A stretch of DNA of 64,000 bases from Octopus vulgaris (lineage: Eukaryota): positions 152,148,001-152,212,000 of the forward strand of contig OX597817.1 in the NCBI GenBank assembly GCA_951406725.2, written 5' to 3'. The notes under the pieces were generated by a model. The model saw only the letters and a program-made list of their open reading frames with translations, did not search any database and had not been told where the DNA came from. A program made the translations under genes and the position numbers. Positions within the stretch are counted from its first letter, which is position 1. The number at the start of each line of letters is the position of its first letter. Of this stretch, positions 52,918-64,000 are shown piece after piece.

Positions 52918-53799
52918 TTAATGTAATTCTCACGGAAATTCAGCATGACACAGAATATGACAAGGCTGGCCCTTTGAATTACAGCTACAACTTATTCTTG
53001 CCAGCTGTGCCAATGTGAAATAAAGTGTCTTGCTCAAGGACACAACACACTGCTGGGAATCCAACTCACAACATTGTATAGTGAACCGAATACCCCTAAC
53101 CACTTGGCTACAACCATCTCTTTTAGATGAGCTGTGTTAAAAGCAGTTAATATCAGGGCTCAAAAATCACCCCTGTAGCAGCCAGTAAGAACACTAGATG
53201 CATTTTGGTCTTTCCAGGTCTTTTCAATGCCATGCACTCACAGCCAACCACATGCTTGGACAAGAATTCCAGTACAGGAAATGGTAAATAAAACATTCAC
53301 TGGTGTCAAAAATAGCCACCTTAATCAATTGGCTAAAAAAAGGGGGATTATCTTTTTGAGCAAAAGACATTGGTATGATGTGGGATAATGCAGGATAACA
53401 TATCTATTATTTCTTTACTACCCACAAGGGGCTAAACACAGAGAGGACAAACAAGGACAGACAAACGGATTAAGTCGATTATACCGACCCCAGTGTGTAA
53501 CTAGTACTTATTTAATCGACCCCGAAAGGATGAAAGGCAAAGTTGACCTCGGCGGAATTTGAACTCAGAACATAACGGCAGATGAAATACGGCTACGCAT
53601 TTCGCCCGGCGTGCTAACGGTTCCGCCACCTCGCCGCCTTATAACATATCATGTTTAAAAACAAACCAAAAAGGGGTCAATCATGACTGTTCCATTGAAT
53701 GAACATTAATCTAAGCAAACAGTAACAGCACTGTAATAATTAACCATCAATAAATAAAAGAAACCTAAAAAATCATTTAAAATGACTTCTCTTTTGCAG

Positions 53800-54016
53800 G
53801 TACAACTTGTGCTCCAGATCAGACCAAGCTCTTACAAAGACTAACTGATTCCTTTGAAGGCTCCATGATTACCCATTATTGGGAATCAATCAAGGGAGGT
53901 GGTATAGGACTAGGTTGTGGTGCTCTTTATCCTTATGCACATGGAAAGTCTTTGTATTTCAATGGCTGTGGACAACGACATGTCATCACACAACCAATGA
54001 ACCTCTTCACAGGAGG
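53800..54016 (+). CDS. RELN: Reelin exon 12, repeat 8B
   Basis: ttgcag|GT...GG|gtaagt; TTCAPD...WESIKGGGIGLGCGALYPYAHGKSLYFNGCGQRHVITQPMNL. Confidence 0.95.
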
Positions 54017-54384
54017 GTAAGTCAAATAAAAAAAATATATTTTTCTAAATGAATCCAATTATAGTAATCCCTCACCATATCACGGTTCACCTATCATGCA
54101 CTCAGTACACACTCAGCACATCGCTGTTCACTTATCGCACATTCAGTACATTTCGGATTTTTCTGGTTACTCTTTACTCTCTTTTACTCTTTTACTTGTT
54201 TCAGTCATTTGACTGCGGCCATGCTGGAGCACCGCCTTTAGTCGAGCAAATCGACCCCGGGACTTATTCTTTGTAAGCCCAGTACTTATTCTTTCGGTCT
54301 CTTTTGCCGAACCGCTAAGTTACGGGAACGTAAACACACCAGCATCGGTTGTCAAGCAATGCTAGGGGGACAAACACACACACA

Positions 54385-54426
<42 letters not shown>

Positions 54427-54986
54427 CATATATACGACAGGCTTCTTTCAGTTTCCATCTACCAAATCCACTCACAAGGCATTGGTCGGCCCGGGGCTAT
54501 AGCAGAAGACACTTGCCCAAAATGCCAGAGTACAGTACTGCACTGTATAACACATTAATTAAAATATATTAAAGGAAAATGCATAGTGTACCGTAGATGA
54601 GTAAACAAAGAATCACACATACTGTATGGAAAACGAAACTCGCAAGGCAAGTATGTGGTATTGTTTTGCATTTATATCATCATCATCATCGTTTAATGTC
54701 TGTTTTCCATGCTAGCATGGGTTGGACGGTTTGACCGGCTCTGAGAAGCCAGGAGGCTGCACCAGGCTCCAGTCTGATCTGCCAGTGTTTCTACAGCTGG
54801 ATGCCCTTCATTCTCTACATAACTGTGTCCAGACTATTCATTGCTCAACAGAATGGAGTATTATTGCCACACTTGGAAACAAGTGGCTGTTAGCACCAGG
54901 AACGACATTGGTACACAGGAAACTGTTCCCCAACTATAGTCTTGAAATTTGATAGGCAGACTGTGCTGCAGCCAATTGTGTGTATG

Positions 54987-55025
<39 letters not shown>

Positions 55026-55037
55026 GAATTAGACATA

Positions 55038-55078
<41 letters not shown>

Positions 55079-55281
55079 TATATTAATTATATTTATATTA
55101 TTTGTTATTTATGTATTGGTTTATGTCTATCACTGTTTGAGTTACCTAATAGTGGTTTTATCTCGAATTCATATTTTATATATTTATACTGTGAAATTTG
55201 ATTTAATACTAAATCTAATTTTTCCCTGTAAGTTTGGAGCTATACTCCCTAATATTATTATTATTATTATTATTATATATA

Positions 55282-57605
55282 TTAGGTTGTCACACATGAA
55301 ATGTTACATTTTTAATTACTTGTTATTTCAGTCATTTAAAAACTCACTTATGTATACCCTTGCATTTAATTTTGACTCTTTTTCTTTCCGAACAATATTG
55401 GTGTACAAAATTCGTACCCACGGCCAATATGAAAATGTTAACAACTAAAACGGGATCACATGAGGTCGTATCATATAGATAATACAATCGCACGCGATCC
55501 CATTCTTATTGAGTTAGACAAACCATTTATACATGCAGCACAATAGAACATAAGGGATTGACAACAAGTCACTGTTTGAGAGGCAAGATAAGATTTTATT
55601 TACAATGAAGTTAAGGTTGGAAGTGTATGGGAGCATGCAACACGTATTTGTGTCTGTGTGTTAGTGTGTGACAGAACAATGAATGTGGTTGACATAGAAA
55701 AGTACCTGATGGTGGAAGATAGCAGTCTTTGGTTGTTGAGCGTACATTGGCATAGTGGTTAAGGAACAGTTGTATCATTTTGTTGTTTAGCGCTGTCTCT
55801 GAAGCTAGTTCTTACAAGAACTAAAGACAGGCAATTGATTTACTGTTTATGAGGTACACGAGGTGTAAGAGTTCAATATCAAGATGTTGTGTCTCGGAGC
55901 TGACATTTGTTGAAATCGCTTGTTGCGTTTATCTTCCTGATATGAATTCCTTTCAGATATATTCACTGTAGCCGTTTTTTCCGTGGTGAGATTTTCACCT
56001 AACCGCTTGAGTTGAATCTGTGATAGTCTTGTGTACTATTTAAAACTTCGTAGCTAGGGACGATGTTTGCTTGGTTTTTGTTCCTCTTGATATAGATTCC
56101 TGCAACTGTTTTTCCATGGTGTGGTTTTCACACAAACAGTATGAGTTGGTTTTGTAGCCATCTTATGTACGAGCTAAATCTTCGTAGGTAGCGACGGAGT
56201 TGGTGATGCCGTTATGTCTGGTTATATGGTCTCCGACCAAGACCTTAGAAGGTCTTAAGCCGACAGACGAAAAGTGTCTGAAACTGTCCTTTTTATATTG
56301 TTTGACTGGCTCAAACGAACCTCAGAAATGGGATCTTAATCCAAAGCTGTGATTGGCTGTTTAGCGACAGTGGCGCGAAAATAAGTTGAGACAATTCGTG
56401 TCACGTGGCGCGGACTATGTAGAGACCACGTGTCAACTGCCAACCAATCAGCTTAGTGTTTACAACAGCATTAAACCAGCCAAAGATGTTTGTTATCTCA
56501 AACGAGATCATTCTTTTTGCTTTCCTCCAACAGTGAAGATAGCAATGGAGAAGCGATATTGCTACACAACCAAACAATGTTGAGTGATTTTCTTGTATGA
56601 GTTAAAAATGGGTCACTCTTCCACAGAAGAATAACAGGCAGGACTTTGGTAATGGTTTTGTTGACATCAGAACTGTTTAGAGATGGTTCTAAAGATCTCG
56701 TTCAGGAGATGATAGTCTTGAAAATGAACTAAGGGGAAGGCCAAAATCAGTTACCCAGAACAAAATCCAAGAGCAATGGTCCAAAAACTTTCATCAGAAC
56801 TCCAAACATCTTGCACAACTCTTTCTCGACACCTGAAAAAAAATGGATAGGTTTGTTCCACATCAACTGAACGAAATTAAAAAAAAAACAGGCACCTCAA
56901 AGTGTGCTTCTTATTGCTGTCTCAATTGGAAAAAGAATCATTTTTGTATTGAATCATTACATGTGATGAGAAATGGATACTCTTTGACAACAGAACAGGA
57001 CAGGGATTAGATGCAGGAGAGTCTGCCTAAAACTACCTAAAACCACCACTGCACCCTAAAAACTTAGTGGTCACTGTATGGTGGTCTGCAAAGGTGGTTG
57101 TTCATTATTCATTTTTGCAACAAGGAAAAATAGTAACAGCAACATCATATTGCCAGGAAATTGATTGTATGCATGAGAATTTGAAAATGAGGCAACCCAG
57201 ACTAGTGAATAGAGATAGCCCAATTTTACTCCATGACTAGGCACATCCTCACACTTCTCAAGCTACAGTCCAAAAGTTGCACAGCCTGAATTATGAGTTT
57301 TTGCAACATCCTCCTTATTCCCCTGATATCTCTCCTACTGATTATCACTTATTTAAGCATTCTGAGTTTTTCATAAGCAATAAAACATTCTTAAATAGAG
57401 AAGAGGTAATTGAAGCATTCGGAGAGTTTATCACAGCAAAAGATGAAATTTTGTTTAAAGACGGAATATATGACTTTGAGTAATGTTGGGTGAAGGTCAT
57501 AAATGAACATGGATTATACTTTGATTAAATAAATCAATTCTCTAACACTTCTGAAACATTTTATTGTTAGCTTTCAAATACGACATTTCATGTGTGACAA
57601 CCTAA
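55282..57605 (+). mobile_element. Defective mariner (DD34D) DNA transposon with ~1.1 kb insertion
   Basis: TIRs TTAGGTTGTCACACATGAAATGT at both ends, TA target duplication. Confidence 0.92.
56545..57528 (+). pseudogene. Mariner transposase pseudogene
   Basis: FVPHQL, ITCDEKW, ILLHD*AHPH, HPPYSPDISPTDYHLF, ends GLYFD*; multiple stops and frameshifts. Confidence 0.92.
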
Positions 57606-57808
57606 TATATATATATATATCAACATATGAAACCATTAATCCAGACACGTTTTTTTTTTTCTTTCTTGGGTAGTTTTTCCTCTCTCCATGTATTATTCCC
57701 TCATTCCTTTCTGTAGAAGAGTGTAGGCTTGAAACATCAAAGACTCTTTTGTTTTTTGTATAATTTTGAACCATATAATATATCTATATATATATATATA
57801 TATATATA

Positions 57809-58198
57809 CTAGCAGTATCGCCCGGCATTGCTCGGGTTTGTTTTGACCCTTTAGAATTGGAATTTTTGAAAAGTAAAAATTTTGCATTATGTAGCTTGTT
57901 ATTCTCTTTAAGTGAACGTTTTTCTGGTTGAAATACACCAAAACATGGCGACACAGCAGTCAAAAAATCGTAAAAAATAGGGATTTTCATAGTAAAAAAA
58001 GCACCTTTTTGATGTAAATAATTTTTGGTGTTAACATGGTCCAATTTGAATTTTTCTTCTCCGGAATGAAGAGCAAGCTTTCTTCTATCATACTCTCAAT
58101 TTTGGTCAACTTGCGCCGCAGGGTCTCGGAGGAAATAGTGTTAGTTGAAGACTACCAAACCTGCCATACACAGATAACTTCAGCTTTATATATATAGA
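57809..58198 (-). mobile_element. Non-autonomous Helitron, copy 3
   Basis: Same family, inserted in a TA run. Confidence 0.88.
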
Positions 58199-58298
58199 TA
58201 TATTGATAAAAATGGTAAGATAACAGAAGAAAGAAAAAGACCTCGATATTATGCAAAATAGAGGAATTTATCTGTAAATGTAATATGAGACAATTATT

Positions 58299-58378
58299 CG
58301 GTAACCATGATAAAACTCCGAGTTTCGGATGCCGAGGTGGAAATCCATGCTGCCATCTCTTCAGTTATCCGGTCATCG
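58299..58378 (-). ncRNA. Type I hammerhead ribozyme candidate
   Basis: GAUAA-CUGAAGA-stem II-GAAA-CUCGGAG-UU-UUAUC; full core and all three stems can form. Confidence 0.75.
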
Positions 58379-59012
58379 GAAAAACGCTATAAAAAAAATA
58401 TATATATACATATACACACACACACACACACACACATTTGTATATATATATATATATATATATATGTTAGAGGTACGTAAAACTAACGTCGTAAAGAAAG
58501 TATACTGGTGTAAATTGTTACGAGAAGCATTTACTCCGTAAAGGAAGGTAACTCCATATAGAGGGACGTAACTCAAGATAAAATTGGTTAGTTGATAGAT
58601 AAATAGCTTTTGATAAAATGACTGAGTACTGGGCCAATATGATTGACTAAACTCTTTAAAGGCAGTATTCTAATGTGGCTACAATCTAGTGGCTGCATCC
58701 AACAAAAGAATTAAACCAGTAAAAGAAGAAACATCTCCATGTATGATTGCAGTTTATGGAAAGATTATTGCCATAATTGTTTGATAAATACTAAACTTGA
58801 AATAATTTCTTCAGTTTAAGTGGTTAGAAAAATCATCAGAAATCAATACATCAAATCATAAAATCAGGTACCATCAATCAACCAATTTTTTTGTTTTTCA
58901 ATATTTATTGATCTCTTCAGGCTGGTGGATGGCAGAAACATTAGATATCAATAAAAATACAATGTGGAGTTTTCTTATTCCTGTGTTCAAAACCAAAGAA
59001 AGAGTTTATGTC

Positions 59013-59355
59013 ATCTATGAGGGTAAAGGGTAAAGACCCCCTTTAGTCATGATTGTCCATGGGATTTCACCTAGAAAGTTCCCTTCTGAAGCACAAGTCC
59101 AGACAAGGTTGTTTATGGAAGACCAGCTGTCGCCCATGCATACCAGCCTCCCCTCTCTGTGCCACTGTTGTCCAAGGGGAAGGAAAAGACTAATACAGCT
59201 TGGCACCTGTGACATCGCAACTCATTTCTACATCTGAAGGAACTGGAATAAGGTGAAATAAAGTGTCTTGCTCAAGAACACAACACACCCTGACCCAGGA
59301 ATTGAACTCATGATAGTGAGCTCAATGCTCTAGCCACTGAGCCATGCACCTTCAA
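59013..59355 (-). mobile_element. tRNA-headed SINE of another family
   Basis: Head tgaaggtgcatggctcagtggctagagc..gttcaattcc..cttgagcaagacac is shared with 11634-11770 (+) and 20970-21254 (-). Confidence 0.7.
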
Positions 59356-59782
59356 ATGTCATCTTTGAGGTCACTGTGAAATAGCAAAGTCACTCAAATG
59401 ACACCCATTAGTAATGTCTTGGGTTTAAATTAGACAATGGATTAAGTCTACTACACAAGTTGGCTATGACTGGATTTGAATAGAAACAGCCCAAAACAAA
59501 TATCATAAGGCATCTCTTCCAATATTCTAACATCTAGAATCCAATGAAATTGGTGATAGTCTGTGAGAATTATATATATATATTTTGGCCTCCTAGCGTT
59601 AGTCTGATAGCATGAAGGGAAGGAAAGAAAAAGTGTTGTCGCTTGGAATGGCCCTGTCTTATTGACTTATAACAGAACCAATAAACTAGATGGGAGTTAT
59701 TAATTAAAATCTAAAGCTAACTTTTACAGAACACTTTTTGGTTTCCATGAACCTAAGTAATTCTTGATATTTTATTTTACAG

Positions 59783-59897
59783 GAAAATCATATTTATTTT
59801 ACAAATTGGCTGTCATTCTCAGACAGAAGAATGCAATATTAACTTGCAAAATAAAACTCACTTCCGTGGAGTTCTTTTACAATACAGCATTAACAAG
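59783..59897 (+). CDS. RELN: Reelin exon 13, repeat 8B
   Basis: ttacag|G...AAG|gtaaat; KIIFILQIGCHSQTEECNINLQNKTHFRGVLLQYSINK. Confidence 0.93.
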
Positions 59898-60252
59898 GTA
59901 AATTATTCAGAAACTTCTTTGTCTTTTGTATTTTTTTGCAATATTGTCTTACAGCTATTAGTGTTTTCGTAATCAATCTGAAAAAAATCCATTGCACGGG
60001 TGATTAGCCCATTCAACTTCACCAGTTGGCCAGCTTTACCTGTTTCCATCTCTCACAATGAGGACGAGGGATGGATATAGAAAGAGAGGTAGACCTAAGA
60101 ACTCGTGGTGTTGATCAACACAAAAGGAACTAGAGAAAGGGGGACATTCATGGCAGAGTATAAGTACAGAAGCAAAACATTATGTGACATGGAATTCAAT
60201 TATAAGTGGCCTATACTCCGCGTTGGAGGGTTAAAGGCATAAATAAGAAATA

Positions 60253-60640
60253 GTGGAGGCGCAATGGCCCAGTGGTTAGGGCAGCGGACTCGCTGTCATA
60301 GGATCGCAGTTTCGATTCCCAGACCGGGCGTTGAGTGTTTATTGAGCGAAAACACCTAAAGCTCCACAAGGCTCCGGCAGGGGATGGTGGTGATCCCTGC
60401 TGTACTCTTTCACCACAACTTTCTCTCACTCTTACTTCCTGTTTCTGTTGTACCTGTATTTCAAAGGGCCAGCCTTGTCACTCTCTGTGTCACGCTGAAT
60501 ATCCCCAAGAACTACGTTAAGGGTACATGTGTCTGTGGAGTGCTCAGCCACTTACACGTTAATTTCACGAGCAGGCTGTTCCGTAGATTCGGATCAACCG
60601 GAACCCTCGTCGTCATAACCGACGGAGTGCTTCCTCCTCC
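60253..60640 (+). mobile_element. tRNA-derived SINE family C (representative copy)
   Basis: A box TGGCCCAGTGG, B box GTTTCGATTCC, 13-bp TSD taaataagaaata; - copies at about 8115-8492 and 13723-14097 (TSD atagtacaact); fragments 52370-53110. Confidence 0.9.
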
Positions 60641-61524
60641 TAAATAAGAAATAAATAATAATTGTCTTAGAGCAGCAAGAGACAAATGGCAGAACCAAGA
60701 GAGTAGATTGTTTATGGAATTGTGTGACGTTCATTGCATTCTGGGCATATTAGAATCGTTTAATAATGTTTGTTTCATTTATTACACCAGCAGAAACGCC
60801 ACCCTCTGGGCAGTTGTCTACAAATGTATGTCGTGTTTTTATGTGTTACTGGCAAGGGTGCCATTTGCGTGACACTGATATCTGCCACGATTGCGATTTT
60901 GCTCAGCTTCATCATCATCATCATCGTTTAACGTCCGTTTTCCATGCTGGCATTGGTTGGACGGTTTGACTGAGAGCTGGCACCAGACTCCAATCTGATC
61001 TGGCAAAGTTTCTTATTTCTTTATTGCCCACAAGGGGCTAAACATAGAGGGGACAAACAAGAACAGACAAAGGGATTAAGTCGATTACATCAACCCCAGT
61101 GCGTAACTGGTACTTAATTTATCAACCCCGAAAGGATGAAAGGCAAAGTTGACCTCAGCGGAATTTGAACTCAGAACAAAGGCAGACGAAATACTGCTAA
61201 GCATTTCGCCAGCGTGCTAACGATTCTGCCAGATTGCCACCTTTAGCAAAGTTTCTATAGCTGGATGTCCTTCCTTAATGCCAACCACTCCGAGAATGTG
61301 ATAGGTGCTTTTATGTGCCACCAGCACAAGGGCCAGTCAGGTATTACTGGCATCAACCATGCTCAAATGGAACTTTTTATGTGTCACAGGCACAGGACCC
61401 AGTCAGGCAATGCTGGCAACAATCACACTTGAATGGTGCTGAGAGAGAGAGAGAGATTAAATTCAAGCTGTCACTAGAGTGAAATACACCTACAATCTTC
61501 TTTATTGTGCTCATATTTTTGCAG

Positions 61525-61694
61525 GGTGTAGAATGGAAACTTCTGGCAAGACATGAACCCAGTGATTACTTAAACCCTAAGAGAGTTGCTTATGACATCC
61601 CAAGTAAAGTAGGAGTTCAATTTCGTTGGTGGCAGCCAGAACATGGTGGAAAGGGACACGACCAATGGGCCATTGACAATGTAGAAATATTAGC
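61525..61694 (+). CDS. RELN: Reelin exon 14, end of repeat 8B
   Basis: ttgcag|GGT...GC|gtaagt; GVEWKLLARHEP...FRWWQPEHGGKGHDQWAIDNVEIL. Confidence 0.95.
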
Positions 61695-62663
61695 GTAAGT
61701 AAATACACTTCAAACTTCTATTTTTGTTTGCCTTTGTTGTTTTACATTCTTCCATCTTGCATAATTCAACTAACATTACCATCTCTTATTGGATAATACA
61801 ATAATCACTGTACTGTAACTCGTTTGGTGTCACATAAATTACAATAAGATTAGCTTGCCTTTCAAAGCATCACCTATAATGACATTACTGTAGTGTATAT
61901 ATATATATAGCAAGACACCTGTTTCTGTCTCTCTTTCATCAGCTGACACAAAATCACCTCCTCCTATACCCCCTCCCCTCTTGAAAGTTTTTTTTTTTGT
62001 TTTACAAGTAATTGATGACCTTGTCAGTGCAGGTATCACTTAAAAGCACTCAGTCCACACTGTAAAGTGGTTGGTGTTTGGCAGGGCATCCTGCTGTAAA
62101 AACCTTGCCTATGCTATGTAATAGTATATGAAAATAGTATTGGGGCTCATGGAGGCAGTGACCAAGACTTTTGGCATTAGGACTGAACCCAGAACCATGT
62201 GGTTCATAAGCAAGCCACTTACCACACGGCCACTTCTACGCCTAACTTAACTTTGTAGAAATAGTAGTTGAAATTTTTCTTAGTTACTTAACCACGAAGT
62301 GAAAAAAGGTGAGATAGTTATCACTGGAATTCTTTTCATCTGCTCAGTCAGGACTGACCTGAAACTAAATAGTGAGATATATTCCTATTGTTGCCATCAA
62401 CAAGACTAAAGAGCCCTTCCCAAGTCCTGCAAAAACCACAGCTAATACATTGTCTAATCATCTGTGTAATATCAATGGTGTTTCATGTATTCATCTGCAT
62501 AGCCTTTCAGTAATATATCTGCACTCTTTCTGCCATACATTTATATTTGTTTCTTGCACAGCTGTGTATTCTTGTTTTTAGTCTTATTTTAAATCCTCTA
62601 ATTCTTTTAAGCAAAAAAAATTTTTTTAACTGATCCTTTCTTTTTCTTTCCTCCTCTTTTCAG

Positions 62664-62703
62664 AGTAAAGAACAGAAAAAACCGACCCCATTTGAGTCGC
62701 TGA
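62664..62703 (+). CDS. RELN: Probable terminal reelin coding exon, basic tail (A)VKNRKNRPHLSR*
   Basis: TTAAC/CTGAT branch-like motif, long pyrimidine tract and CAG; phase matches exon 14; TGA at 62701-62703; followed by repeat-free AT-rich 3' UTR-like sequence. Confidence 0.78.
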
Positions 62704-63332
62704 AGAAAGAGCTCCCATAAAAAAAAATTTTAGCAGTTCTGCCAGTGACACAGGATGTTCTGAACCAAGAAAAGTCCCAAGTGTAAACAATACAAGTAGG
62801 AAACCAATGACCCTTGATAAAATATTGTAAATAATCAAATATATAAAAAAAATTACTTTATACAATAGTTTATTTCGTTTCTTTATTGTACCATGTCACC
62901 ACTGTTGGAAAGAAAAAAAACTAGTTTGTTAGATCTTGGAGATGATCTACATATGATCCAACATATTTTGGGATTTTTTCCCCAACACGGTGAGAATAGA
63001 TTGATTCTTCCACTGGAATTGAGCCTTAATTGTTCAGTTTTAAAATTGTTCAAATCCTTTAATGTTTGTACAGTAATAGTAGAAAATGTCAAAGAATATG
63101 CCTCAATCTAAAAATGTTTAAAGATTTACATTAATTATTTACACAGAGTAAAACTACTCAGTCTTTTAATCTTCGATTATATAAAGTACTTTAATTTCCA
63201 ATGGAATGGCTAATCTTAGAGATTAGGATGGAAAACAATTAGCACCAACTTCTGTCTAACAATTGTAAGATCCAAGTAAAGTGCTGTACCCACACCATGT
63301 GAATGTCTACTTGTATAGTCATTGCATGATTG

Positions 63333-63343
63333 AATAAATTAAA
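63333..63343 (+). terminator. Candidate polyadenylation signal of reelin
   Basis: Overlapping AATAAA/ATTAAA about 630 nt after the stop codon; GT-rich sequence follows. Confidence 0.4.
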
Positions 63344-64000
63344 GTTGTTGGTGAAATCTAGCACTGCTAGATATGAAGATAAGGATTGTGGGAGCAGAAT
63401 ATCAATGCAAAATAATCAATTGAAATGAAAATCAATCACATTGTATATGACATTAGATGCAAAACCAGCCTGAGATTTGTAGATAAAATTCATAGATGTA
63501 TCATAATGATTATCTTCTTTAGTTAGCTTCATGTTGGTTGATACAATTTACTTATATCTTCATATTGCACCCCTTCGAGTACTCTGCCTGCTAATGGACC
63601 CTGCAACAGAAACAAAAATTTGTGAAAATCATTGTCACTATAGTTTTAAAGGAACAAAGGCAGGGGAATTAGTAGAAATGCTAGCCAGACACAAATTGAT
63701 TTATTACTTGATGCCAGTGCCGCCTTCACTGGCTTCCGTGCCGGTGGCACGTAAAAAGCACCCACTACACTCACGGAGTGATTGACATTAGGAAGGGCAT
63801 CCAGCTGTAGAAACACTGCCAGATCAGACTGGAGCATGGTGCAGCCATCTCGCTTGCCAATCCTCAGTCAAGTCGAACCGTCCAACCCATGTTAGCATGG
63901 AATACGGACGTTAAACGATGAGAACTACTGCTCTTGTAGCAGGGGCGAAAGAGGAAGCAATAAATCAACAGCTCTGGAGGACGAGACTCCCTTCTGTCAT

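Larger units (their letters stand above)
1851..63921. repeat. Dispersed short RTE 3'-end copies (over 20; span is first to last copy)
   Basis: Shared gagtggttggcgttaggaagggcatccagc...gttaaacgatgatg. Approximate + copies: 2740-3169, 3960-4173, 4940-5218, 12920-13245, 17124-17285, 17370-17863, 19690-19941, 30520-30735, 35050-35496, 62010-62110, 63710-63921. Approximate - copies: 1851-2057, 16364-16690, 19977-20660, 27998-28232, 37518-37966, 39932-40145, 42190-42590, 49691-50137, 50383-50776, 54677-54808, 60850-61440. Confidence 0.9.

Noticed and set aside
54942-55448. 168-aa hydrophobic ORF and other YI/HT/CV-rich ORFs
   Set aside because: Microsatellite and low-complexity translation
60253-60330. 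tRNA gene
   Set aside because: SINE head continuing into a repeated body with a TSD; no complete acceptor stem
61693-61698. In-frame GCG TAA on read-through of exon 14, suggesting a tailless isoform
   Set aside because: Any phase-2 GTAA donor gives this (also exons 1, 2, 4, 5, 10, 12), and no canonical AATAAA is nearby
61695-62663. Equivalent of the vertebrate 6-nt reelin microexon before the last exon
   Set aside because: No convincing AG-N6-GT with a pyrimidine tract was found by eye; the T-rich AG near 62008 belongs to an RTE remnant

Overview
AT-rich, microsatellite- and transposon-dense animal genomic DNA; the repeat families look like those of an octopus (inference). The window holds the 3' part of one + strand gene, reelin. 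Fifteen GT-AG exons (9600-62703) join in consistent phase into about 1016 aa: the end of reelin repeat 6A, EGF6, 6B, complete repeats 7 and 8, and a short basic C-terminal tail (numbering by recalled similarity to vertebrate reelin). The introns contain a 5'-truncated RTE LINE with a PHD finger inside its RT, more than 20 short RTE 3'-end copies, several tRNA-derived SINE families, three non-autonomous Helitrons, TTAA and hAT MITEs, a dead mariner with a ~1.1 kb insert, and Penelope-like remnants in TA microsatellites. Most ORF-track entries are repeat artefacts. Best leads: a well-formed type I hammerhead ribozyme plus degenerate relatives, a covarying tandem H-type pseudoknot array in the RTE 3' UTR, the PHD-in-RT architecture, and conservation of the lipoprotein-receptor-binding lysine in an invertebrate reelin.
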